DNA of 64,000 bases from Octopus vulgaris (taxonomy: Eukaryota): NCBI GenBank assembly GCA_951406725.2, contig OX597817.1, forward strand, positions 74,896,001 through 74,960,000, given 5' to 3'. The notes under the pieces were generated by a model. It was not told the DNA's origin and ran no database searches. It saw only the letters and a list, made by a program, of their open reading frames with translations. Numbering within the stretch: the stretch's first letter is position 1; each line of letters begins with the position of its first letter. Of this stretch, positions 54,235 through 64,000 are shown in pieces. Made by a program: the position numbers and the translations under genes.

Positions 54235-55103
54235 TTAACACTTTTGTTACCATATTTCTATTGAAATATACTTCCTTTGTTTCAATAATTTTTGGAAATA
54301 ATGAAGAATTTAATAAAGTAACTTTGTCATTATTAATCCTTTAGCATTCAGATTACTCTGTCAAATATAATAATTATTTATTTACATTGTTTTGAATTAA
54401 TCATGCATTGCAGGAGTGGCTGTGTGGTAAGTAGCTTGCTTACCAACCACATGATTCCAGGTTCAGTCCAACTGCGTGGCACCTTGGGCAAGTGTCTTCT
54501 ACTATAGCCTCGGGCTGACCAAAGACTTGCAAGTGGATTTGGTAGATGGAAACTGAAAAAAGCCCATCGTATATATGTGTATGTATATATATATATATGT
54601 GTGTGTGTGTGTTTGTGTGTCTGTGTTTTTCCCCACAACATTGCATGACAACCGATGCTGGTGTGTTTACGTCCCTGTAACCTAGTGGTTTGGCAAAGAG
54701 ACCGATAGAATAAGTACTAGGCTTACAAAGAATAAGTCCTGTGGTTGATTTGCTTGACTAAAGGCGGTGCCCCAGCATGGCCACAGTCAAATGAATGAAA
54801 CAAGTAAAAGAGTAAAAGAGTATCTCAAAGCTTCAAGATTTTGATAATATGATTGTATATTTTTAGAATGACATTGAAGAGTAGGTGTGAGAATCTGGAT
54901 CTGACTGGTTTGAACATTAGACAGGTAGAATATTTTGGGCTGGACATAACTGGTTTAAATGATAAAGGATTAACCTGGAGTTTGGAACACAAAATTAACA
55001 TGGAATTTTAGAAGGAAGGTTTTAATTTAGATAACTTTAATTAAGAAATTTGCATCATGAAAATCAGGTGCGATCTCAAGTGGGTTGGTATCAAAAGGAT
55101 TGA
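54235..55103. mobile_element. Nested TTAA MITEs plus SINE
   Basis: Outer MITE 54235-55103; inner MITE 54333-54973 (TTAA-TCCTTTAGCATT...AATGATAAAGGA-TTAA); SINE 54409-54820 inside the inner one. Confidence 0.75.
54409..54820 (+). mobile_element. tRNA-derived SINE family A, intact copy (others at ~2530-2830, 4100-5000, 11860-12562 on -, 30064-30470, 43985-47165 split, 55200-55520, 62340-64000 split)
   Basis: A-box tggctgtgtggt, B-box ggttcagtcc, CORE-like ccttgggcaagt, central (TA/TG)n, and a tail ending ggcggtgccccagcatggccacag..gaaacaagtaaaagag. Confidence 0.85.
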
Positions 55104-55826
55104 GTAAATTTAAATGAGCTTTGCTGAAGGAAACATGAATAAAATGAAATAACAAGGATTTAGAAGAATCTCTGATAATTTAAATCAAAACTATAGGTGG
55201 AGGCATGGCTGTGTGGTAAAAAGTTTGCTTTCCAACCACATAGTTACAGGTTCAGTCCCACTGCATAGCACCTTGGCAAGCATTTCCTACTATAGCCTCA
55301 GGCCAACCAAAGCCTTGTGAGTGGATTTGGTAGACGGAAACTGAAAGAAGCCTATCAGGTGTGTGTGTGTGTGTGTGTGTGTGTTTTTGTGTCTGTATTT
55401 GTCCCCCACCACTGCTTGACAACCAGTGTTGGTTTGTTTGCATCCCCATAACTTGGTGGGTTCACAAAAGAGACTGATAGAATAAGTACCAGACTTAGAA
55501 AAAAGCACTGGGTTCATTTGCTCAGCTAGTGCAGACATAGCCAAATTTTTACTCACTTGAAGACTTATGAGATTACTGCTTATTAATTGCACCATGCTAC
55601 TAAAAATATAATTTAATAAATAGTGGGATAGAGAGTTGCTGAAGAGGTCACAGGATGTGTGATGAAAAAGTTTTGACAAAGAAACTAAAAATAATAATAA
55701 GTGCATATGTTTAACTCAAAAAACATGACCATCCCTAAGTATAACAATATCTGTTTCAACACGCAATTTCACATCAAGAATCTTGTAAAACAAATACATA
55801 AATGTAAAAATATTTAAAAAGGTTAC

Positions 55827-55905
55827 CGTCTTAAATTTCTAATTCTGTTACTTCGAGCTTCAGGTCCAAATGCTCCACTATTGTCAGTTGTTAAAGTGTT
55901 GCTTT
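55827..55905 (-). CDS. NEK11: NEK11-like exon
   Basis: ccaatcAG acceptor, GTAACC donor, 79 nt. SNTLTTDNSGAFGPEARSNRIRNLRR. Phases 1/2 join both neighbours in frame. Confidence 0.8.
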
Positions 55906-56282
55906 CTGATTGGAAGAAAGAAAGGAAGAAAGTATATACCATCATCACCATTGTCATTTAGTATTTGTTTTCTATGCTGGCATGGGTTGGATGGTTCAAC
56001 TGCAACAGATGAGCCAGAGGAGTGTTCTAAACCCTACTCTCTGCTTTGGTACGACTTCCACAGATGGATGACCTTCCTAATGCCAGCCACTTTATAGAGT
56101 GTACTGGGTTTTTTTTTTCGGTGGCACCAGCAATGGGAGGTCACCAAGTAGCTAACAAGCAAATGCAAACACACACACACACACACACATGTATGTGGGA
56201 TTCATATACAATTTTCTAACCCCCCTACACCAGTAAACCTTGGCTAGATAGAACTACTGATAACAAAATATTAAATACTTAC

Positions 56283-56444
56283 GATCTTCTGGGTAACTTA
56301 GAGCATTTTGAAGATAATTAAGCATCATTTCTCTGTCCTGGCATGTGTCGTTTACAGTGTTACACAACGTCATCTCCTCATCTTCATCATCTTCAAAGTC
56401 AGGGGTATAATACTCTTCAGCCAGCTGTGGATTTGTAGGGATTC
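56283..56444 (-). CDS. NEK11: NEK11-like exon (acidic region)
   Basis: tactAG acceptor, GTAAGT donor, 162 nt. IPTNPQLAEEYYTPDFEDDEDEE...DREMMLNYLQNALSYPED parallels NEK11 IPEDPLVAEEYY...EEEE...LENVL. Confidence 0.82.
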
Positions 56445-57917
56445 CTAGTAAGACATTAATTTCTGACCTTAGTATAGGATTTAATACAGTTGTAAAGAAG
56501 AAAATTACTCCCTGCCGCAAATATTTAACCCTTTAGTATTTAAACCGGCCACAGCCGACCCAAATATTCTACTTAATTTATGTTCAAACTGGCCAGATCC
56601 AGCCTCTTACACCTATCCAATAATATGATTCTAAAATTAAACAATCACAGCATTGAACTCTTGAAGATAATACGTGATTAATGAAAAACAATCTGAATAA
56701 ATAAGTGTTACGTTTAACAGAGTAATATAAATACTAAAATATTATTTTGCTCAGTGTATAATTTTTTGAGACCTTAATAATTTCCTTAATAGGGACATAA
56801 CAATTAAATAGCTTTTAAGAGTACAAAAACATAATCCATTGCATCACCACACCCCTCTTAATGCACAACATTCAGCAACAACCTCTAAGAGTGCTTCAAT
56901 TGCTAGGTTTTACTACTCCTAAGGATCTCTCCTGGTGAAAGGATAAATTTAACATAGCTAAGACTACATCATAATGACTAGGTCTCTTCAGGACCAGAAA
57001 ATACTTCAGCACCTGATAATTATCAATACTCTACAAAGCCAAGGTGAAGCCCACAATGGAGTATTGCTCTTACAATTGCAATGGTGTCACTGCTAGACAA
57101 AAAGACATCAAAGACTACTTCCAGAATATACCCACCCAAATGGTTAGTATAAAGTTGCTCAAAATACTTGGAGCATCAAACAAGACCCCTTACAGTATTT
57201 GTGCCAGCTCATTGTGTTCTGAGTTCTTGGATGGTAGACTTAATGTGTTAACCTGCTTAATATGACCATCTGGTCTTTGGAGTGCCTTTAGTGTAGTCTA
57301 TTCTGTTGCAAGCATCAAGGTCTAGTCTCTGGTTTGAGAACAGCTATCACCCAACTTCCTCTCACCAGATTCAGGGCCCCTGAAAAGAAAATGGGTCAAG
57401 CAGGTTGCCCTTCCTCAGGTAAGTAAAAAATGTCAAAAGTGGAAGGACAGGTACTCTTCTAGACACCCAGATAAATGTGATGCAACTATACCCATCCTGA
57501 AATTAGGAAGTCAATATCTGCAAGAAAAATTTGGTCCAAATACTTGCAATAGAATGAATGTTATTAATGGTACTTTTAAAACCCAGCCAAGAATGACTTT
57601 GACAGTCATCCTTCCTGGGTCTGTAAAATAGATCAAACATGATCCATTTTATTGACTCAGAGAAGTAATGCAATTGATTATAAATTGAACACATCCTTCC
57701 CATCTAAATTTGTAAGTAAAGTAAGTTAGTAAAATCCCTAGCTGCCCTCTCAACCACCATTCATAGAGACCATGGAAACATCCTTCAATGAGTACAGGAC
57801 AACTTTTTTCTCAGACTATCTAATAATACAAAAATAAATAATGCTTGTAATTATACCAAAATTTTACAAATTTATTAAGGTTGTAGTCATTAGTGCAAAC
57901 ATATGCTTGTTGAATAC

Positions 57918-57967
57918 TTTGGAAGCCTCTGAGAATCTTTCAGATTCTTTCGTCTTAATTCTAATTC
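57918..57967 (-). CDS. Candidate NEK11-like micro-exon
   Basis: ttttaAG/GTATTC sites. ELELRRKNLKDSQRLP resembles NEK11 QELRSRNF. Ends in phase 2, so it needs an unlocated exon before 56444. Confidence 0.4.
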
Positions 57968-59256
57968 CTTAAAATACTGATTTACTGTTTTTATAGCTAT
58001 TTTTTAATCACTAAAATTTTTAGTAATAATCTACTCTGATACTAAAATCTTTGTCTTTTTAAAGCTGCATATTTCAAATTTAGCTAACAAACAACTATTT
58101 TGACAGAGAAGCAGTAAAAAATTTACATTTCAAGATTAAATATAAGCCAATTTATCTTTATTTTCCATTTGTTTTACAATAACAACACACCCAAGTTATA
58201 TATTTTAACCTGTAGCACATCTAATTATTACTGTTAAAATCAATCTGACAATTTTGTGGTACTTAAGTAAGTCAGTATCTCATTATTCAGCTTATGATCA
58301 TAAAGTTGTGAGTTCAATTCCTGGTGATGCATTGTATCCTTGAGCAAAACACTATTTCACATTGCTCCAGTTCACTTAGTTGGCAAAAATGTATTTCAAA
58401 GGGCCAGATTTGTCATATTCTGTATCACACTGAATCCCCCTAAGAACTATGTTAAGGATACATCTGTCTGTGGAGTGCTCAGCCACTTGTATGTTAATTT
58501 CACGAGCAAGCCGTTCTGGTGATTGGATCAACTGGAACCCTCATCATCTTAATCAATAGCATGCCAGTTAAATTATGTAACACTTAGGTGGAAAATCACT
58601 AAGGAAACTTTATGAGCTCAACCTGCTAAAAATAGTTGTTGGATTTCTGGTCAGAATGTGTTTCATCACATTGTTGTCATTTTTTAATAATGTCACCACA
58701 CTGGCTAGGTAGGAAGCCAACATTGCCCCTGCATAGAACACCAGTCCATTACAAGGCTACCTGTTAACAGTTGAATGAACAACTGAAATATCAAATAATG
58801 TGTTTTGCTACAAAAGACACCACTGATCTGAGAAACCTTATGAGCTCAATCTGCTAAAAATAGTAGTTGGATTTTTCTCTAATCACACACCAAACTATCT
58901 TTAAAAAGGAGTGACACATTGAATCAAGTATTTCTCGATTCAAGATAACTAAAGAATGAGGACCATAGCTGGAATGCCTTTGATCATAGATCTCTCAGTC
59001 AGAACTGACTTGGGGTTAAATAACAAGAATTAAAATGACACTAAGAGTATATAATCACTGTAATACTGTATCCAGCAAATTATCAGATGTTGTTACAAAC
59101 CATTGGTCACAATGTGCTTGATCACATAGTTGTTGCTTATGAATAATGCTACTTCACTGAGAAGTGGGCAGGTGAACATTGTGCCTGAATGAGACACCAG
59201 TCTGTTGCAAGGTTACCTATTTACAACTGAGTGAACAAGAGAAACATTAAAATGAA

Positions 59257-59560
59257 GTGTTTTGCTCAAAAACACAACACACCAGTGTTCTGGGAATTGA
59301 AAACATGGTCTTGTGATCATGAGTGCAACTCCCTTATCACTGGGCCATGCTTTCATATCGTTATAATAAACTTATTTAAAATCAGAATAAAAATAAACCA
59401 CTTATGTGTGGTGTTTTGCTCAAAAACACAATACACAAGTGGTCTGGGAATTGAAACCATGGTCTTGTGATCATGAGTGCAACTCTCTTACCACTGGACC
59501 ATGCTTTCCTGTTGTTACAATAAACTTATTTAAAATCAGAATAAAAATAAACAACTTATT
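59257..59560. repeat. ~154-bp tandem duplication including a SINE head
   Basis: gtgttttgctcaaaaacacaa...aataaaaataaac at 59257 and 59411. Confidence 0.85.
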
Positions 59561-60715
59561 ATGAATTCAGTACACAATTCTACAGTGAATGTTGTACAAG
59601 TAAGAGGTTGACTATTCCTGGATAATATCAATTCATTTTTATTATATTGCTAATGGAAATATATGCTAACTATATATATATATATATATTAGTGTCATGA
59701 GAAAAATAGACAAAAATGTTTTAAAATGGAATCTTTCATTAGCAAAGGAGAGATTTTTGCTTTTCTTTAAAGAAAGGATCCACCCAAAACATTAACTTTC
59801 TACCATTTTTTTTCTCATGGCCTACTAACATGCAAATATTTTTGTTTGTCTTTCTGAACCAATTTATGTCAGTACTGATCATCACTAGCCTTCACATTTT
59901 AATGACTTTATGATGCTAACATTCTTAGCATTAGCAACTTAGTAATCCTAAGGGTTTTAGCATTAACAACATAAGGCATAAATGTCACACATTCACATTA
60001 TTCTTAATTGTAAAGTTGTAGGCTTGAGCCAGAGTAAGAAACTAATAAAATCTATGACCTGGTGTAAGATATACCACGGCTGCTAAAAACCTTAAGATTG
60101 TTAATGACAGAACATTACAATTCCCTTTCTTCAATTCCCTTAAAAAACAGGTCCATATATAGAAAGAAATATGAAGAAACATGTTTGTGTGTGTGTCTTC
60201 TTGATAACACAAAAGCATCACAGTCACATAAGAGATATCCTTCACTAGAATCACATTCATCTGAATCGTGTGGTATTTAGCATAAAATTTGCAAAGAATT
60301 AATATTAATTAATATTAAAAACACCATTATTGTTGTTGTTGTTATCATCATTTTAACACCCTCTTTTCCATAATTGTTAAAAATACACTGCTTTTGTTAT
60401 AATTAATTTTGAAAATTTGAAAATCTATTGAAACAACTTTGTTATTATGAAGCTGGTGTTTGGAACACAAATTAATGGAATTTTAATCAAAGGTTTTAAT
60501 TTAGATCACTTTAAAATAGGGAATTTGTATCATAAAACTAGGAGTGGTCTCAGATGGTTTGGTATCAAAAGGTTAAAATCTGAATACAAGAGCCACTGAG
60601 GAGCTCCTCTATGTGGTAGCTTGATCTGCAAGAAATAGTAACTAAATCTTCCTCAAATTCCATATTCTACTTTATTTACATTTGATGGATATTTGTCTTC
60701 ATCTTGTTTGCTGTT

Positions 60716-60761
60716 AACACAATGTTTCAGCTGATATACCCTCCAGCCTTCATCAGGTGTC
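60716..60761 (-). ncRNA. Minimal hammerhead motif, canonical core plus extra A
   Basis: Reverse complement gacac-CTGATGA-a-ggctgg agggtata tcagct-GAAA-ca-TT-gtgtt. Confidence 0.6.
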
Positions 60762-60819
60762 TTGGGGAAATTTTGAACCTGGATTCTTTTTCAGATATAT
60801 GAACTACTGACTGATATAT

Positions 60820-60851
<32 letters not shown>

Positions 60852-60953
60852 CATCATCATCATCCTTTAACGTCCGCCCTCCATGCTAGCATGGGTTGGA
60901 CGGTTCAACTGGGGTCTGGGGAGCCCGAAGGCTGCACCAGGCTAGTCAGATCT

Positions 60954-60992
<39 letters not shown>

Positions 60993-61376
60993 CAGCATGG
61001 ACAATGGAGGTTAATGATGATGATGATATATGTTGGAAAGCAGACGCTAAATGATGATGATGATCCTCACAGAGGTGATGGCAAGTGATTGAAACCTTTG
61101 ATGATATGCCATGCTTGAGAAGACTCGTCAAACCAAGTGAAATTGTTGTTGTAAGCTGATGTTGGTGTCATGCAACTGGCACATAAAAACACCCGTGCTG
61201 GTGGTATGTAAAAAGCACCCATAACACTTTTGGAGTAGTTGGTGTTAAAAAGGGCATCCAGCCATAGAAACCATGCCAAATCAGACTGGAGCTTGGTGCA
61301 GCTCTCCAGTTTACTAGTTCCAGTCAAACTGTCTAACCTATGCCAGCATGGAAAACGAATGCTAAATGATGATGAT

Positions 61377-61431
<55 letters not shown>

Positions 61432-61870
61432 TGTACACAACAGGCTTCTTTCAATTTCCATCAACTAAATCCATTCAAAAGGTTTTGGTTGGCTTGGGGC
61501 TATTGTAAAAGACACTTGCTCATGGTGCTGCACAGTAGAACTGAACCCAAGACCACATGGTTGGGAAACAAGCTTCTTAACCACATAGACTTACCTGCAC
61601 CTTGTAATGTCTGCTGCTAATATTATATACATGCTCTGGGCAAAATGCTTCACAGCATTTTATCTGTCTTTATATCTGAGTTCACATTCTACTAAGGTTG
61701 ACTTTGCCTTTCATCTTTTTGGAGGTCGATAAAATAAGTACCAGTTGAGAATTGGGGTCAATGTAATTGACTTAACCCCTGCCCAAAATTGCTGGCCTTG
61801 AACCAAAATTTGAAACCAATAATATTTACATGTTTTTTGGTTTTTTTTTGGCTTTGTTTTTTAACGATAC

Positions 61871-61952
61871 CTGCAGTTGACTATTCTGTCTTGTTGACAG
61901 AATAGCTGATTGCAGAAATGACATATTGCAGAAACTGTAGGCAGCTCTTAGG
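61871..61952 (-). CDS. Weak candidate NEK11-like exon
   Basis: ttttcAG and CAG/GTATCG sites. Open frame ending in phase 0 (..LSTRQNSQLQ), compatible with 57967. No clear homology recognised. Confidence 0.25.
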
Positions 61953-62715
61953 CTGAAAATCAATTATTAAGAAATATAATGAAGAGCACCAGATATTTGT
62001 TAAAAATCACTTCTATTTCCACTGTAAATAATAAGCTCTTAATTAAATTGAATCCTTCGGTTTTGTTACTATGCCAACAAGCCATCCTTCCTTTGAAAGA
62101 CAGGTTTTGACAATTTAAAAAAAAATGAAATACTGTTAATAATTATTAATAATTTATGTTAATTACAAAAACCTAAAAAGTGGTCAGATTACATTTAAAT
62201 TATTAAAGGCCGTTAAGTGTAAAATTTCAATATTCCTGATAAATCATGTTTATTGCTGAAAGCAATAGTCATTTCAGAGATGAAAATGATATTTTCCAAT
62301 TATTTTTACGCCTAAAAAAAAAAAAATCCCTTAATAGGTACAGGCATGGCTGTGAGGTAAGAAGCTTGCTTCCCAACCACATGGTTCCAGGATCGGTCCC
62401 ACTGTATGGCACCTTGGGCAAGAGTCTTCTACTATAGCCCCGGGCTGACCAAAGTCTTATGAGTGAATTTAGTAGAGGGAAACTGAAAGAAACCTGTCGT
62501 ATGTATATATATATATATCATCGTCATCATCATCATCATCATCATTTAACGTCCACTTTCCATGCTAGCATGGGTTGGACGATTTGACTGAGGTCTGGCG
62601 AACCAGATGGCTGCACCAGACTCCAATCTTATCTGGCAGAGTTTCTACAGCTGGATGCTCTTCCTAACGCCAACCACTCTGAGAGCGTAGTGGATGCTTT
62701 TACGTGTCACTGGCA

Positions 62716-62767
<52 letters not shown>

Positions 62768-63000
62768 ATATATATTTATTTATACAATAATAAATCTCTA
62801 AACGAGATATAAACAGTAACTGCTCTATAACATAAGGGGCATCAGCCATCTGAATGTGGCTAGGGACAGGGCGGGGTGGTGGGGGTGTTACTGATGCATT
62901 TAGCCCCAGGCGATCATCGACGTCACCAGGAGGGCTGACACCATCTCAGTGTCCTCTAGCCTGCAAAGGGAGATCACCTTCCCCGAAGATACGGATACTA

Positions 63001-63044
63001 CATACGGACCAGGTTTCGAGGTAATTGCCTCTTATCAATGCATG
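63001..63044 (-). ncRNA. Hammerhead ribozyme, inverted copy
   Basis: Reverse complement catgca-TTGATAA-gagg caatta cctc-GAAA-cctgg-TC-cgtatg; one mismatch at the core-proximal stem I pair. Confidence 0.7.
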
Positions 63045-63509
63045 GTAAGCACTGTTCTCCGACGAAGGACTCTCTCTACAGGCCATATATATAAGGATTT
63101 TCACAGTAAACACAGTCACTGATGTAGAAAAACCGTTCGAAAACAATAATAAATCTCTAAAAAGAGGCAATTACCTCGAAACCTGGTCCGTATGTAGTAT
63201 CCGTATCTTCGGGGAAGGTGATCTCCCTTTGCAGGCTAGAGGACACCGAGATGGTGTCAACCCTCCTGGTGACGTCGATGATCGCCTGGGGCTAAATGCA
63301 TCATTAACACGCCCACCATTCCGCCCTGTCCCTAGCCACATTCAGATGGCTGATGCCCCTTATGTTATAGAGCAGTTACTGTTTATATCTCGTTTAGAGA
63401 TTTATTATTGTTTTCGAACGGTTTTTCTACATCAGTGACTGTGTTTACTGTGAAAATCCTTATATACATGGCCTGTAGAGAGAGTCCTTCGTCGGAGAAC
63501 GGTGCTTAC

Positions 63510-63553
63510 CATGCGTTGATAAGAGGCAATTACCTCGAAACCTGGTCCGTATG
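63510..63553 (+). ncRNA. Minimal type-I hammerhead ribozyme
   Basis: catgcg-TTGATAA-gagg caatta cctc-GAAA-cc t gg-TC-cgtatg; GUC triplet, predicted cleavage after 63547. Confidence 0.8.
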
Positions 63554-63723
63554 TAGTATCCGTATCTTCGGGGAAGGTGATCTCCCTTTGCAAGCTAGAC
63601 GACACCGAGATGGTGTCAGCCCTCCTGGTGACGTCGATGATCGCCTGGGGCTAAATGCATCAGTAACACCCCCACCACCCCGCCCTGTCCCTAGCCACAT
63701 TCAGATGGCTGATGCCCCTTATG

Positions 63724-63786
<63 letters not shown>

Positions 63787-64000
63787 TATATTTGTGTGTG
63801 TCTATCTGTTTGTCCACCTGGCATCGCTTGACAACTGAAGCTGGTGTGCTTCTGATCCCATAACTTAGCAGTTTGGCAAAAGAGACTGATAGAATAAGTA
63901 CAAGGCTTACAAAGAATAAGTCCTGGGGTTGATTTCTTCAACTAAAACTCCTTTAAGGGGATGCTCCTGCATTGCCACAGTCAAAGTGACTGAATCAAAT

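Larger units (their letters stand above)
62783..63727. mobile_element. Retrozyme-like element: 359-bp unit, about 1.05 copies on - joined head-to-head to about 1.6 copies on +
   Basis: Period of 359 seen at 62784/63143 and 63162/63521. Copies are nearly identical, about 50% GC, non-coding, bounded by (TA)n, and carry hammerheads. Confidence 0.8.

Noticed and set aside
54409-54480. tRNA gene
   Set aside because: A/B boxes only; this is a SINE head with no full cloverleaf.
56880-57100. Gene exon (ILYKAKVKPTMEYCSY)
   Set aside because: Looks like a very old LINE post-RT remnant; too decayed to annotate.
60042-60280. ORFs as additional NEK11 exons
   Set aside because: No recognisable homology or convincing phase-compatible splice sites.
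63113-63155. Possible opposite-polarity hammerhead in the 359-bp unit (CTGATGT-A-gaa aaaccg ttc-GAAA)
   Set aside because: A9 is missing and there is no stem I or stem III pairing, so an ambisense viroid-like design is unsupported.
62946-63863. ORFs within the 359-bp repeat unit
   Set aside because: No recognisable domain, and the frames run across junctions and into microsatellite; treated as non-coding.

Overview
AT-rich, intron-rich eukaryotic (metazoan) DNA. The SINE/LINE repertoire and (TA)n load look like an Octopus genome (inference). There are two convergent spliced genes: the last five coding exons of a RanBP9/RanBP10 (RanBPM, CTLH complex) orthologue on + (8413-24429, then a ~5.4 kb nearly TE-free putative 3'UTR), and the C-terminal exons of a NEK11-like kinase on - (52489-56444, weaker candidates to 61952). 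The rest is TEs: a near full-length degenerate RTE LINE, CR1-type LINEs, a Penelope-like element (RT + GIY-YIG), a mariner fragment, TTAA-flanked piggyBac-type MITEs, Helitron-like tandem copies and several SINE families. Main finding: about 12 minimal type-I hammerhead-ribozyme motifs from at least 7 sequence-unrelated families sit in short inserts, mostly (TA)n-embedded and often head-to-head fold-backs, including a young 359-bp-unit retrozyme-like array at 62.8-63.7 kb. Their cores covary at the 3-8 pair (C-G, U-A, A-U), and one family shares its stem III with the hammerhead at the 3' end of the Penelope-like element. All folds were paired by eye; no activity has been shown.
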